From an uncultured Verrucomicrobiae bacterium (lineage in GTDB: Bacteria; Verrucomicrobiota; Verrucomicrobiia; Chthoniobacterales; UBA10450), in contig CAVSDR010000003.1 in the NCBI GenBank assembly GCA_963726745.1, forward strand, positions 32,001 through 96,000: 64,000 nt of DNA. Reading direction: 5' to 3'. A model generated the notes under the pieces. It was not told where the DNA came from. It searched no databases and saw nothing but the letters and a program-made list of their open reading frames with translations. Position numbers and translations under genes: made by a program. Shown in pieces: positions 31,348 through 42,308 of this stretch (its first letter is position 1; each line of letters starts with the position of its first letter).

Positions 31348-32680
31348 TTAATCGGCCAGCCGCACGAGTTGGAAGAACAAATCATCGCCGCGGTCGAGGC
31401 GCTGTCTGTTTTCGTAATCGGCGGTGCCGTGGACATACTTGAACAGGCTCGAGGGGACGGTGAATTGATAGCTGCGATCATCCACGTGGACGAGGACCAC
31501 GCCGCTTTCGCGGCCCTCATCGGAGCCGCCATGGCCCAGGCGAAAGGTATCGATCCGGTCGAGCCGTCCTCGTTTCCGGAAAGCGACGCGCCTTCCTTCC
31601 GCCTGGCCGCGGAATTGAATGCCGGTGACGGGATGCTCCGCGTTCCACGACACGCTGAAGGAATTATCGTGCAGGGTGACTTCGGCGGCCGGGCGAAAGG
31701 GATTGGCCATCCGCACTTCGAGGCTTTGTTCTTTCTGCATCTCGCCCAGCGGGTAATCGACATGAGAGCCAGGGCACGAGCCGGTCTTGCGCGGGAAGGT
31801 TTTGCATCGCGGGAGCAAGCTGCGGCGCGGCGCGGTCCGGTTCGGCCGGGGGCCACGGCTGCGCGGGATCGCGGGTGAAGCCGTAGGGCAGCTCGAACCA
31901 GAAGGTCTGGCCGGCCAGCCGCCATTCGATCCAGGCCTCGTCGTAGGCGTTGCGGGTCCACGGGAAGAAGTAGATGCGCGAGCGCGTCATGCTCGTCTGG
32001 TTACCGGCGCCTTCCCACCAGTTTCCGGAGGCCGCGGTGGAGTCGAAGACGTTGCCATCCGCTAGATGCAGCCGGACGACGAAGGTCTCCGGTTGCGCGA
32101 GCGACGCCGGCATTTCGTCACCTGTCTTTTCCTCAAATAGGAGGTCGAAACGGAGCCGCGGCGCCTGGCCCGGGATGTCGGAGGTTCCGCCGGAAACAAG
32201 GGCAGAGATCGTCCGGTGCTCGGCGCCGGGGATGGGAAAATGCGGATAGTAAATGCGGCTCCAGCGCGCTTCCGGGCGCACGGCTGGCGGCGGATTTTTA
32301 GCCGACGGGTTCGCCTTTGCGGCGGGCGCGTTCTGGGCCACCGACGGCACGGTGACGACGGAATTCTCGCCGCCCCAGCCATCGGGCGCGGTCGCGGGAT
32401 TGGCCAGGTCGCGCTCCCACTGCCCGTCGGCGACAAACTTGTATTGATACGTCCCCGGCGGGAGTGGCAACTCGGCGACCCAGGTCCCATCGCGCGCGCG
32501 CTGCATGGGCGTGGCCGTGGCGCTCCAGTCGTTGAAATCCCCGGCAAGGAAAACGGCCTGCGCGTTCGCCCGCGTGAAGCGTGTGAGCGCGGCGCTGGGC
32601 GGATCGCTCGATCCTTTGCCGCAACCAGAGAGGGCGAAGGCGCCCAGCAGCAGGAGCCAACATGCCGAGCGGCGGTTCAC
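31348..32680 (-). CDS. Lipoprotein with a CBM48/AMPK-type glycogen-binding domain plus an unrecognised region; frameshift near 31765
   Basis: ALSGC lipobox; VFLAGDFNDW..PM...GTW....LPPGTYQYKFVADGQWERD...NSV. Confidence 0.7.
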
Positions 32681-32884
32681 GGTCGCAAGGCTAACGACAA
32701 GACCGAGCGCGAGGAAGGCCAAATCCGGGGACGGCCACGCGCCGCGGCGGGGGCGAGATCGCGCGCGGTGCAGAACTCCGAGGCGCGGCCGTGGCCGGTT
32801 TAATCCTGTAAAATCCTTTTCATCCTGTCCTTCCCTTCTCAGCGGGAGTCGCGCGCCGTGCATCCGTGGGCGAAGGTCCTGGCG

Positions 32885-35467
32885 ATGCTGCCACCGGGCG
32901 AAGTGATGCCTAAAGCGCTCTATGCGCGCTTGCATCCGCGCTTGCGGAAGTGGTTCCGCGCGACTTTCCCCAGCTTTAGTCACGCGCAATTGCTCGCAGT
33001 GCCGGCGGTGCTTGACCGCGAATCGATCTTGCTGACTTCGCCGACCGGCAGCGGTAAAACGTTTGCCGGCTTTCTCGGCGTCTTCGATTTCCTTCTGCGC
33101 GAGCTCGACGCGGGGACGCTCCGCCGGGCGGTGCAATGCATCTACGTCTCGCCGTTGCGCGCGCTCACTTACGACATCGGGAAGAATCTGCGCGCGCCGA
33201 TCGAGGGCATGGGCCTGGAGAAGGAGATCATCCTGCACGCGCGCAGCGGCGACACCAAGCCGGCCGAGCGCGCGAAGTTTCGCCGGAGCGGCGCGCACCT
33301 GCTCGTGACCACGCCGGAGAGCCTGGCGGTGATGCTCGCGCAGGAAGGCTACGCGGCGCACTTCGCGGAGTGCCGCTTTGTGATCGTGGATGAGCTGCAC
33401 TCCTTTGCCGGGAACAAGCGCGGCGCCGACCTGACCCTGTCGCTCGAGCGGGTGCAACGCCTAACGAAACATGAGCTTTGCCGCATCGGCCTTTCGGCCA
33501 CGGCCGCGCCCCTCGAGTTGCTGGCTAAATTTCTCGTCGGCACTGATCGGCCCTGCCGGATCGCGGAGGCGAAAGTGGAGAAGCAATCGATCGTGGAAGT
33601 CTTCTCGCCCATCCGGCGCAATCCCTACCCGCCGGCGGGCTACACCGGCCAGCGGCTTTATGCCGAGCTCGCGGAGCTGATCCGCTCGCGGCGTTCGGTG
33701 ATTGTCTTCACGAACGTGCGCTCGGCCGCGGAGCAGCTCGGGCTGCGGCTGCGCGAGCTGCTCCCGGAATTTGCCGACCAGATCGAGACGCACCACGCGT
33801 CGCTGGACCGGAGTGTGCGCCTGGAAGTGGAAGACCGCTTGAAGGAAGGGGAGCTGCGCGCGGTTGTCTGCTCCACTTCGCTCGAGCTCGGGATCGACAT
33901 CGGCGCGGTCGATCTCGTGGTGATGGTGGCGACGCCGAAAGGTGTCTCGCGCGCGATCCAGCGGATTGGCCGCTCCGGGCATTCCTTGAACAAGAGCAGC
34001 CACGGCATCCTCGTGGCCACGAACATCAACGACTTGGTGGAAGCGACCGTGACCGCGCGGCGGGTGCGTGAGCGGGCGCTCGACCCGATCCGCATCCAGG
34101 AGCGGCCGGTCGATGTGGTCGCGCAGCACATCGTGGGGCTGGCGAGCTTGTCGCCTATTTCGGTGGAGGAAGTTTTTTCTCTCGTTAGGCGGGCATTTCC
34201 CTTCGCGGAAATGGAGCGCGCGGAGTTCGACGCGATCGTGCACTACCTCGAAGGCGGCGGCGTTTCCCTGGAGAAACAATACGCCGGGCTCTTCGGCAAA
34301 ATCCTCGTCGAGGATGGGGTGATCTCGCTGGCGCATCCACGGGTCGCGCGGGAGTTCCTGGTCAACATCGGGACGATCGTCTCGGAGAGTTTTGTCGACG
34401 TGATCCTGCGGCGCCGGCGGCTCGGCTCGGTCGAGGAAAACTTCATCAAGCAACTGCAGCCGGGCGATCTCTTCGTGCTCGGCGGACGGATCGTTAGGCT
34501 GATCGAGACGGAACTGAACGCGGCCTACGTGGAGCGGGCCGATGGCCACCTCCCGACGGTCCCGCGCTGGAACGCAGCGAAGATGCCCCTAACGAGTGGT
34601 CTGGCGGAAGGCGTGCGCAATTTGCGGCTGGAATTAGCCAACGAGCTGGCGGCGCACGAGCCGGCGGCGGTCTCGGATTGGCTGGTGGAGAACTACCAAA
34701 TCTCGACCGCCAATGCGCTGGCTATTTTGGAATTGTTTCGCGCGCAGCTGAGCATCTCGGAGCTCCCGGTAGGCGACAAGATGTTGCTCGAGGTCTATCG
34801 CGAGGGCGATTTCTCGCATTACTTTTTCCACGCGCTCATCGGCCGAAGCGCGAACGACGCGCTCTCCCGGATCGTCGCCTGGCGGGTGAAAAATCGCATC
34901 GGCGGAAACGCGCTGGTGACGATCGATGATTACGGATTTCTCCTGACGCTGCGGCCGTTCCAGGAACTGCCGCTGGAGGATTGGCGGCTCTGCTTTGAGC
35001 GCGAAGGTGCGGAGGAGGATTTGTATGCGGCGCTGCGCGGCTCGGAACTGGTGAAGTGGCAATTCCGCGGGGTGGCGCAAACGGGTCTCATGGTCCCGCG
35101 CAATTTGCCGGGAAAAGAACGCCGTCCAAAGCAGCTCACCTGGAGCAGCGAGGTGCTCTTCCGCGTGCTGGAGCAACATGAGCCGGATCACCCGTTGCTG
35201 CACGAAGCCTACCGCCAGGCGATGCACACTTTCCTCGATGCCGAGGAAGCGTTCGCCTACCTCGACCGGGTGCAGCGTTATCACTGGCGCATGCTCGAGC
35301 TGCCGGTGGTCTCGCCTTTTGGCTTCGGAATCTACGCGAGCAAGATCAAGGAAAGCATGATGCTGGAGGACCCGGGCGCGGCGATCGAGCGGATCTACGC
35401 GGACATGTATGCTCGGGTGGAGGCCGCCGCCGCGGCCCAGGCAGCGCAGGAGCCGGCGAGCACCTAG
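32885..35467 (+). CDS. lhr: Lhr-family (Lhr-core) DEAD/DEAH helicase
   Basis: SPTGSGKT, YVSPLRAL, TTPESL, VDELH, HHASL, TSLELGIDIG, QRIGRSGH. Confidence 0.9.
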   Translation: MLPPGEVMPKALYARLHPRLRKWFRATFPSFSHAQLLAVPAVLDRESILLTSPTGSGKTFAGFLGVFDFLLRELDAGTLRRAVQCIYVSPLRALTYDIGKNLRAPIEGMGLEKEIILHARSGDTKPAERAKFRRSGAHLLVTTPESLAVMLAQEGYAAHFAECRFVIVDELHSFAGNKRGADLTLSLERVQRLTKHELCRIGLSATAAPLELLAKFLVGTDRPCRIAEAKVEKQSIVEVFSPIRRNPYPPAGYTGQRLYAELAELIRSRRSVIVFTNVRSAAEQLGLRLRELLPEFADQIETHHASLDRSVRLEVEDRLKEGELRAVVCSTSLELGIDIGAVDLVVMVATPKGVSRAIQRIGRSGHSLNKSSHGILVATNINDLVEATVTARRVRERALDPIRIQERPVDVVAQHIVGLASLSPISVEEVFSLVRRAFPFAEMERAEFDAIVHYLEGGGVSLEKQYAGLFGKILVEDGVISLAHPRVAREFLVNIGTIVSESFVDVILRRRRLGSVEENFIKQLQPGDLFVLGGRIVRLIETELNAAYVERADGHLPTVPRWNAAKMPLTSGLAEGVRNLRLELANELAAHEPAAVSDWLVENYQISTANALAILELFRAQLSISELPVGDKMLLEVYREGDFSHYFFHALIGRSANDALSRIVAWRVKNRIGGNALVTIDDYGFLLTLRPFQELPLEDWRLCFEREGAEEDLYAALRGSELVKWQFRGVAQTGLMVPRNLPGKERRPKQLTWSSEVLFRVLEQHEPDHPLLHEAYRQAMHTFLDAEEAFAYLDRVQRYHWRMLELPVVSPFGFGIYASKIKESMMLEDPGAAIERIYADMYARVEAAAAAQAAQEPAST

Positions 35468-35476
35468 GGCAAACAA

Positions 35477-35506
35477 GAAGGGGCAGGTCTTGCGACCCAC
35501 CCCTTC
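35477..35506. terminator. Hairpin between convergent lhr and pilC
   Basis: GAAGGGG..GGTC-TTGC-GACC..CCCCTTC stem-loop. Confidence 0.5.
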
Positions 35507-35553
35507 CAGCTACCGAGCTAGGCTTCTCCTTAGCTTTTGCTCTGCGAAATTTT

Positions 35554-36777
35554 CTAGCTCTTACTCTGCGAGACGATCTCGTTGAGCTTGAAGATCGGCA
35601 GGAACATCGCGATCACGATGCCGCCGACGATGACCCCGAGAAAGACGATCAGGAGCGGCTCGATCAAGGACGTGAGCGCGTCGAGCAGCGCTTCGATTTC
35701 TTCGTCCCAGAAGTCGGCCATCTTCTCGAGCATGGTGTCGATTTTGCCGGTGGCTTCGCCGGCCGAGACCATGCGCAGGAGCATCGGGGGGAAGATCGCC
35801 TTCTTCGAGAGCGCGACCGAGAGGTTGTCGCCTCGTTCCACGTCCTCGGCCACGCCCTTGACGCTGGTTTCGATGACGTGATTGCCGGAGGCGCCGGCGA
35901 CAATGTCGAGCACTTCCAGGATCGGCACGCCCGAGCGGATGAGCTGGGCGAAGGTGCGCGAGAAGCGCGACATGCAGATCTTTTGGATGAGCGGGCCGAA
36001 GACCGGGAGCTTGAGCTTCCAGCGATCCCAGAGCTGCTTGCCGCGGGTCGAGCGGACGAAAGTGCGAATGCCGAAGAAGACCGCGAGCAGGCCGCCGACG
36101 AGGAAGTACCACTCGTTCCGCATGAAGTCGCTCAGGTCGATGAGGAATTGCGTGGGCGCCGGGAGCTTGGCCCCGAAGTCCTTGAAGATTTCGCCGAAGA
36201 TCGGCACCACTTTCACGATCAAGAACGTGGTAATGGCGAAGGCGATGCAGATGACGATGACCGGGTAGGTCATGGCCGACTTCACCTTCTTGCGCAGGCG
36301 GGCATTGGCCTCGAGGAAGCCCGCCAGCCGGTCGAGAATCTCCGCGAGCAATCCGCCGTGTTCGCCTGCTTTGACCATGCTGACAAAGAGTCGATCGAAC
36401 ACGCGCGGATGCTTTGCGAGAGACTCGTGGAAAGTTTCACCGCCTTGGACGCGGACGGTCAGATCGCTGATGACCTCGCGCAGGCCTTTCTGCTTTTTTA
36501 CGTCGCACTGATCGTAGAGGGCGGTCAACGCCTGGACCAGGGAGATGCCGGCCTCGATCATGGTCGAGAGCTGGCGGGTGCAGAGGACGAGGTCGGTTTC
36601 CTTGACCTTCCAATTCTTCTTTTTGGTTCGGCCCGCCGCGGCCTTTTGCTGCAGCGAGAGCACCATGAGCCCACGGCCCATGAGGGAACTGACGGCGTTA
36701 TCTTCATTCAACGCCTCCTGAATGCCGGAAACGATCTTTCCGGAGGTATCACGAGCTTGGTAGGAGAAGGAGATCAT
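35554..36777 (-). CDS. pilC: Type IV pilus / T2SS inner-membrane platform protein (GspF/PilC)
   Basis: TRQLSTMIEAG, MVKAGEHGGLL, KVKSAMTYP, GEATGKID, LIEP...AMFLPIF. Confidence 0.9.
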   Translation of the reverse strand: MISFSYQARDTSGKIVSGIQEALNEDNAVSSLMGRGLMVLSLQQKAAAGRTKKKNWKVKETDLVLCTRQLSTMIEAGISLVQALTALYDQCDVKKQKGLREVISDLTVRVQGGETFHESLAKHPRVFDRLFVSMVKAGEHGGLLAEILDRLAGFLEANARLRKKVKSAMTYPVIVICIAFAITTFLIVKVVPIFGEIFKDFGAKLPAPTQFLIDLSDFMRNEWYFLVGGLLAVFFGIRTFVRSTRGKQLWDRWKLKLPVFGPLIQKICMSRFSRTFAQLIRSGVPILEVLDIVAGASGNHVIETSVKGVAEDVERGDNLSVALSKKAIFPPMLLRMVSAGEATGKIDTMLEKMADFWDEEIEALLDALTSLIEPLLIVFLGVIVGGIVIAMFLPIFKLNEIVSQSKS

Positions 36778-36861
36778 AGTTTCTAGTAGTTATAGTTGGT
36801 ATAGCATCTGTAATGCCAGCCTCGGCACTTGTTCCTTGCCGCTCGCTCTCCCTCGCGCCAG

Positions 36862-37479
36862 ATGTTCCCCGTGCCCGACGCCCTGCCCGAAGTCTCCCGC
36901 CTCTCGCCTTGGGTGGCCGTGGCCCAATGGTTCGACCCCACGGTCAAGGCAGACCTTTACGCCAGCGCGCTCGGCACGGAGGCCGGGCTTTGCCTGGTCG
37001 ATCCTTTCGCGGCCAGCGATGATTTCCTGGAGGAATTCTGCCGCCGGGAGACCGTCGCCGCGGTGGTGATCACGAATGAAAACCACCACCGCGCCAGCGC
37101 CGCCTGCGCCGCCAAACTCCGGGCACCCCTCTTCGCGCATGCCGATGCGGGTGTGCCCGGGGCGCGGGCGGCCGGCGAACTGCCGGAAGTCATCGCCGGG
37201 CTGGACGTGCTCGAAATCCCGGGCGCGCCCGCCGGGGAGATCGCGCTCTGGTTCCCGCTCGACGGCGGGACCGTGGTCGTGGGCGATGCCTTGATTCACT
37301 TCGGCTCGCACGGCTTCGATTTGCTCCCGGCGAAATACTGCCGGAACGCGAAACTGATGCGCCGTTCGCTCCAGCGACTGCTCGGGTGGGACTGGAGCCA
37401 GCTTCTCTTTGCCCACGGCGTGCCCATTCGGGAAAAGGCGCGCGCGAAATTAGCCGGCCTGCTGGCAGGCGCGGCATGA
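36862..37479 (+). CDS. Metallo-beta-lactamase-fold protein with a degenerate metal motif
   Basis: LVDP, ITNENHHR, GEIAL, VVGDAL, LLFAHG. Confidence 0.65.
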   Translation: MFPVPDALPEVSRLSPWVAVAQWFDPTVKADLYASALGTEAGLCLVDPFAASDDFLEEFCRRETVAAVVITNENHHRASAACAAKLRAPLFAHADAGVPGARAAGELPEVIAGLDVLEIPGAPAGEIALWFPLDGGTVVVGDALIHFGSHGFDLLPAKYCRNAKLMRRSLQRLLGWDWSQLLFAHGVPIREKARAKLAGLLAGAA

Positions 37480-38342
37480 ATGCACCGGGGCTAGGCAGCG
37501 CTTTCGGACGTTTCCTTACCTTCATCCGGTTCTCGCACACGATCTTCGCCCTGCCGTTCGCGCTCGCGGCGCTCTTGGTGGCGGCGCGCGGATGGCCTTC
37601 GGGGCGCATCTTGCTGCTTGTTTTGGTCTGCATGGTCCTGGCGCGGACGGTAGCCATGCTCTTCAATCGCCTGGCCGATTGGTCGCTCGACCAGCGCAAC
37701 CCTCGCACGGCCATGCGCCATCGATTGGTCCGTCGGCCGGTTGCGATCCTCTTCCTGGGGGTCGGCGCGCTGGCCTTCGTTCTTGCGGCGGCCGCGATCA
37801 ATCCTCTCGCCGGTTGGCTGGCGCCGGTCGCGCTGGTGATTGTCTGCTTTTACTCGTTAACCAAACGCTTTACCGACGTGACCCACTTCTTCCTCGGTCT
37901 GGCGCTCGCGGTGGCGCCGGCGGGGGCGTGGATCGCACAGACCGGAAGACTCGAGCTTCCGCCGCTCGTGCTTGGCCTGGGCGTCATCCTTTGGGTTGCC
38001 GGCTTCGACCTGATTTATGCCACGCAGGATTGGGAATTCGACCGTCGCGAAGGGTTGCACTCGCTCGTGGTGCGGCTCGGCATTCCCGCCAGCCTCCGGC
38101 TCGCGCAGGCGCTGCACCTGGCGATGTTCGCCGTGCTCCTTCTCTTCGGCGTGGTGGCGCACCTCGGCGCGGTTTACTTCGCGGCCATGCCGTTGATCGC
38201 GCTGGCTCTCTTCTATGAACACCGGGCCGCCCGCGGGCTCGACCTCGCGGCCATCAACCGCGCTTTCTTCCAGAGCAACGCTTTCGTGAGCGCCGTTTTC
38301 CTTGCAGCGGTTGCGCTCGATCTTTGGTGGCGCGGAAATTAG
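37476..38342 (+). CDS. ubiA: UbiA-family prenyltransferase (MqnP/UbiA-like)
   Basis: FSHTIFALPFA, NRLADWSLDQRNPRT, YSLTKRFT, GFDLIYATQDWEFD. Confidence 0.88.
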   Translation: MNAPGLGSAFGRFLTFIRFSHTIFALPFALAALLVAARGWPSGRILLLVLVCMVLARTVAMLFNRLADWSLDQRNPRTAMRHRLVRRPVAILFLGVGALAFVLAAAAINPLAGWLAPVALVIVCFYSLTKRFTDVTHFFLGLALAVAPAGAWIAQTGRLELPPLVLGLGVILWVAGFDLIYATQDWEFDRREGLHSLVVRLGIPASLRLAQALHLAMFAVLLLFGVVAHLGAVYFAAMPLIALALFYEHRAARGLDLAAINRAFFQSNAFVSAVFLAAVALDLWWRGN

Positions 38343-38776
38343 CCGGCCGCCTGGTCGAGCATGGCAATCCGCCGCGCGTGCCGCCCGCCCTCGAACTCCG
38401 TCGTTAACCAGACGCGCACCAACGCCAGCGCGGTCGCCTCCGGAATGACCCGTTCGCCTAACGAGAGCACGTTCGCGTCGTTGTGCTGCCGTGAGAGCCG
38501 CGCGACCTCTTCGGTCCAACAAAGCGCGCAGCGCACCCCGCGGACTTTATTCGCGGTCATGGCCTCGCCGTTTCCGGATCCGCCGAAAACGATCGCCCGC
38601 TCGCACTCGCCCTGCGCGACCGCTTCCGCCGCCGGCCGGACGAAGAGTGGATAGTCGACCGCCTCTTCGCTGAAGCAGCCGAAGTCCTGCACCTCGTGCC
38701 CGAGCTCCTCGAGCAGCGTCTTGACCTTCTCCTTCAGCCGATAGCCGGCGTGATCCGTCCCGAGCGCGATTTTCAT
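38339..38776 (-). CDS. rpiB: Ribose-5-phosphate isomerase B
   Basis: GTDHAG, VDYP, GGSGNGE, HNDANVL, FEGGRHARR. Confidence 0.95.
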   Translation of the reverse strand: MKIALGTDHAGYRLKEKVKTLLEELGHEVQDFGCFSEEAVDYPLFVRPAAEAVAQGECERAIVFGGSGNGEAMTANKVRGVRCALCWTEEVARLSRQHNDANVLSLGERVIPEATALALVRVWLTTEFEGGRHARRIAMLDQAAG

Positions 38777-38821
38777 GGGACGATTCCTAAAGGCGCCCCG
38801 CCGCGGAGGCAAACCGCGAGC

Positions 38822-39791
38822 TCAACTCGTCGGCAAAGCTGCGAGCTGCTGCCAGAGTTCGCGCTCCCGCTCTGTGAGCGACTTCGGCACGCACAAGCGT
38901 CACCACCACGTAAAGGTCACCGCGATCGCCCCCGGCGTTCGGCAATCCGCGCCCGCGCAGGCGGAAGCGCTGTCCGGGCTGCGTGCCCGCGGGAATCTTC
39001 AGCCGGCGCGTTTCCTCGAGCGTGGATACGCTCAATTCGCTGCCTAAAACCGCCTGCCATGGCGCCACCTCGACTTCGTGGATCAGGTCGCTGCCTTCGA
39101 CCGAAAAATCCGGATGCCGCGCGAGTCGCACGCGCAGGAAGAGATCCCCGCTTTGGCCGCCGCGCGCGCCCGCTTCGCCCTGCCCGGCAAGCCGAATGCG
39201 CTGCCCTTCATGGACTCCGCGCGGGATTTTCACCTGGTAAGTCTCGACCTTCCCGCCGGAGCTGCGCCGCAGCGAAACCGTCCGCTTTGCGCCATGCAGT
39301 GCTTCTTCCAGCGGAACCATGATGTCCGCCTCCACGTCGCTCCCGCGGGCCGCGCCGGCCGCTTGCCGCGGAGGAAAGCCAGTCGCGCCGCCGCCGCCGA
39401 AAGCCGATTTCCCGCGGCCACCACCGAAGAACGCCTCGAAGAAATCGCTGAAGCCGGTGCCGCCAAACTCGAACTCCACGCCGCCATCGCCCGGGCTCCA
39501 GCGCTGGTAACCGCCGCCCGGCTGCCCGCCGCCCGGCGGTCGCGCAAAGCCACCGCCCGGCTGGTTCCAATCCGCCCCGAGCTGGTCGTATTTCTGGCGC
39601 TTTTCCTTGTCGCTCAGGACCTCGTAGGCCTCGTTGATCTGCTTGAACTTTTCCTCCGCGGTCTTCTTGTCCTTGGCTACGTCGGGATGGAATTTCCGCG
39701 CGAGCTTGCGGAAAGCCGACTTGATCTCGTCCTCGCTCGCGGTCTTGCTGACGCCAAGGGTTTCGTAGTAATCGCGGAACTGCACAGCCAT
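38822..39791 (-). CDS. cbpA: DnaJ-class co-chaperone (CbpA-like, no zinc finger); frameshift near 38890
   Basis: [12 protein letters not shown] domain, G/F-rich region with FSDFFE, C-terminal IPRGV..GQRIRL. Confidence 0.85.
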
Positions 39792-39871
39792 TTTGCGACG
39801 AAAGCTTGTCCGCAACGCCGCGCCCGTGCAACCGGGTTGCTTCCGCTGCGTGCTTCCAGAAAATTGCCGCC

Positions 39872-40081
39872 ATGCAAGATGTCGCGAAGCTGCTCGTAAT
39901 CGGCGGCCTGTTCATTGTCGGCCTTGGCTTGCTGCTTTGGTCGGGACTTGGCGGCTGGATCGGGAAATTACCCGGCGACCTTCGGATCGAGCGCGGCGGC
40001 GGGACCTTCTACTTCCCGATCGTCACCTGCATCGTTCTTTCCATCCTGCTGACTGTTTTGCTCGCGCTTTTCCGCCGTTGA
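39872..40081 (+). CDS. DUF2905 membrane protein
   Basis: [11 protein letters not shown]...[12 protein letters not shown]. Confidence 0.85.
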   Translation: MQDVAKLLVIGGLFIVGLGLLLWSGLGGWIGKLPGDLRIERGGGTFYFPIVTCIVLSILLTVLLALFRR

Positions 40082-40762
40082 ACGCGCTCGAGGAGCACGT
40101 GGCCGCGTTGCGGCAATGCCGGCGCTGCCCGCGAATGATTCCGCCGCCTGTCTCCGGCGGAGCGGTAGTCAGCCAGATCATGCTCGTGGGCCAGGCGCCC
40201 GGGGTGCGCGAGCCGGTGCTCGGGCGGCCCTTCGCGCACACCGCCGGGCGGACGCTTTTCCGCTGGTTCGAGGAGTTCTGCGGTAGCGAAGAAGCAGTCG
40301 TTAGGCAGCGAGTTTACTTTGCCGCGGTCTGCCGCTGTTTCCCGGGGAAAGCGCCCGGCGGGAGCGATCGCGTGCCCAGCCCGGAGGAAATCCGCAATTG
40401 CTCCGGCTGGATGCAGGCGGAGTTCGAGCTGCTCCGGCCGCGCTTGGTCATCGCGGTGGGAAAACTCGCGATCGCGCAGTTCCTCCCGGTGGCGAAGCTC
40501 GACCAGATCATTGGCCGGCAGTTTGCGCGTAGAGCGCTTCGACCTCATCCCGCTGCCGCATCCCAGCGGCGCTTCGCCCTGGCACAAGATCTCTCCTGGC
40601 CGTGAGCTTTTGGCCAAGGCCATGCGACTGATCGCCCGGCACCCGGCGTGGAGAGACGAATTTCAAATGGAGGAAGCCAGAGACAGGAGATTCCTGATCT
40701 TTCTGGTTTTCCCGTTTCCAAATCCATTCTCTCTTTCCGCATGCCTGAGAAACTCCGCGTGA
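40078..40762 (+). CDS. Uracil-DNA glycosylase superfamily protein; frameshift near 40527
   Basis: [25 protein letters not shown]. Confidence 0.82.
40665..40717. repeat. Imperfect REP-like hairpin
   Basis: AAATGG-A-GGAAGCCAGAGA-CAGGA pairs with TCCTG-ATC-TTTCTGGTTTTC-CCGTTT, using several G.T pairs. Confidence 0.45.
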
Positions 40763-41520
40763 CCGTCTGGGGCGAAAACGTCCACGAGCGCAAGAATCCG
40801 GTGGTGCGCGAGATCTATCCCGAGGGCATGCACACCACGATCGCGGCCGCGATTGCAGAGGATGCCGGCTGCGACGTCGGCACGGCCACGCTGGAGCAGC
40901 CGGAGCATGGCCTAACGAAAGCTGTCCTCGAAGAAACTGACGTCCTGCTCTGGTGGGGCCACGCGGCCCACGGCGAAGTAGCCGACGAGATCGTGGAGCG
41001 GGTGCTCGAGCGCGTCTGGCAGGGAATGGGTTTTATCGCGCTCCATTCCGCGCACTATTCGAAACCGTTCAAGCGCCTGCTGGGCACGACGTGCTCGCTC
41101 ACCTGGCGCGAGGCAGGCGAGAAGGAGCGGCTCTGGGTTTGCCAGCCGGGCCATCCGATCGCGCGCGGGATCGAGCGCTACTTCGAGATTCCCAACGCCG
41201 AGATGTATGGCGAACCGTTCGCCATCCCTGCACCCGACGAGACGGTTTTCATCTCCTGGTTCGAGGGCGGCGAAGTCTTCCGCTCCGGCTGCACCTGGAA
41301 GCGCGGCAACGGAAAGATCTTTTACTTCCGGCCGGGCCACGAAGTTTACCCGATCTATCACCAGCCGATTGTCCGGCAGGTCTTGCGTAACGCCGTGCGC
41401 TGGGCCGCGCCGGAAGGCGAGCGTTGGATCGATCGCTGCCCGCGAATCGACGACCCGCCCGAACCCTTGACCGTCAAAGGCCCGCGGCTGCACCAGGTAG
41501 GCGAAGAAGGATTCCGATGA
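40741..41520 (+). CDS. thuA: Trehalose utilization protein ThuA
   Basis: [51 protein letters not shown]. Confidence 0.9.
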   Translation: MPEKLRVTVWGENVHERKNPVVREIYPEGMHTTIAAAIAEDAGCDVGTATLEQPEHGLTKAVLEETDVLLWWGHAAHGEVADEIVERVLERVWQGMGFIALHSAHYSKPFKRLLGTTCSLTWREAGEKERLWVCQPGHPIARGIERYFEIPNAEMYGEPFAIPAPDETVFISWFEGGEVFRSGCTWKRGNGKIFYFRPGHEVYPIYHQPIVRQVLRNAVRWAAPEGERWIDRCPRIDDPPEPLTVKGPRLHQVGEEGFR

Positions 41521-42308
41521 ACAACGATCAACGAACGGCAGAGATGGTCGCCAAAGTCCCGCAGGTCACGCTGCTGTTTTGGATCATCAAGATTCTTGCG
41601 ACCACGCTTGGCGAGACCGGCGGCGACGCGGTCACGATGTCGTGGTTGGGCGAGACCAGCGCGGAAGCCAACGGCTCCGGTTACCTGATCGGGACGGCTA
41701 TTTTTGGCGTCATTTTCATCGTCGCGGTCCTGGTGCAAATCCGCGCGGCGAAGTTTCATCCGCTGCTCTACTGGTTCACGATTGTGGCCACGACCACCGT
41801 CGGGACCACGCTGGCGGATTACTGCACGCGCTCGCTCGGGATCGGCTACACCGGCGGCTCAGCCATCCTGCTCTTTCTGGTGGTGGCCTCACTGGTTGTC
41901 TGGCGCTGGAGCACCGGGAGCATCTCGGTCGAGACGGTGGCCACGCCAAAGGTCGAGATCTTCTACTGGGTCACGATCATGTTCTCGCAAACCCTCGGCA
42001 CCGCGCTCGGCGATTGGGTCGCGGACACGAACGAAACCGGCTACCTCGGCGCGGCCGCGCTTTTCGGCGGGCTGCTCGTGGTCACCGCGCTGCTCTTTTA
42101 CTTCACCAAGATCTCGCGCGCAGTTTTGTTTTGGGCGGCCTTTATCCTCACGCGCCCGCTCGGCGCAGTCGTGGGCGACTTTCTCGACAAGCCGCACGCC
42201 CAAGGCGGACTCGCACTCAGCCGTTACTCCGCCTCCGTCGCGCTGCTGGTGGTGATCGTTGCGCTCATCCTTGTCTTCCGGCAAAAGCCGGCCGCACGCG
42301 CCCACTAG
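41517..42308 (+). CDS. COG4705/DUF347 repeat membrane protein
   Basis: [48 protein letters not shown]. Confidence 0.88.
   Translation: MNNDQRTAEMVAKVPQVTLLFWIIKILATTLGETGGDAVTMSWLGETSAEANGSGYLIGTAIFGVIFIVAVLVQIRAAKFHPLLYWFTIVATTTVGTTLADYCTRSLGIGYTGGSAILLFLVVASLVVWRWSTGSISVETVATPKVEIFYWVTIMFSQTLGTALGDWVADTNETGYLGAAALFGGLLVVTALLFYFTKISRAVLFWAAFILTRPLGAVVGDFLDKPHAQGGLALSRYSASVALLVVIVALILVFRQKPAARAH

Noticed and set aside
31664..33457. 597-aa ORF as a single protein
   Set aside because: Its first ~200 codons are antisense to lhr; the plausible start is the GTG at 32680, ahead of a lipoprotein signal peptide.
32885..35467. Lhr helicase as part of a defence system
   Set aside because: No nuclease, methylase or other defence partner is adjacent; it looks like a housekeeping Lhr-core repair helicase.
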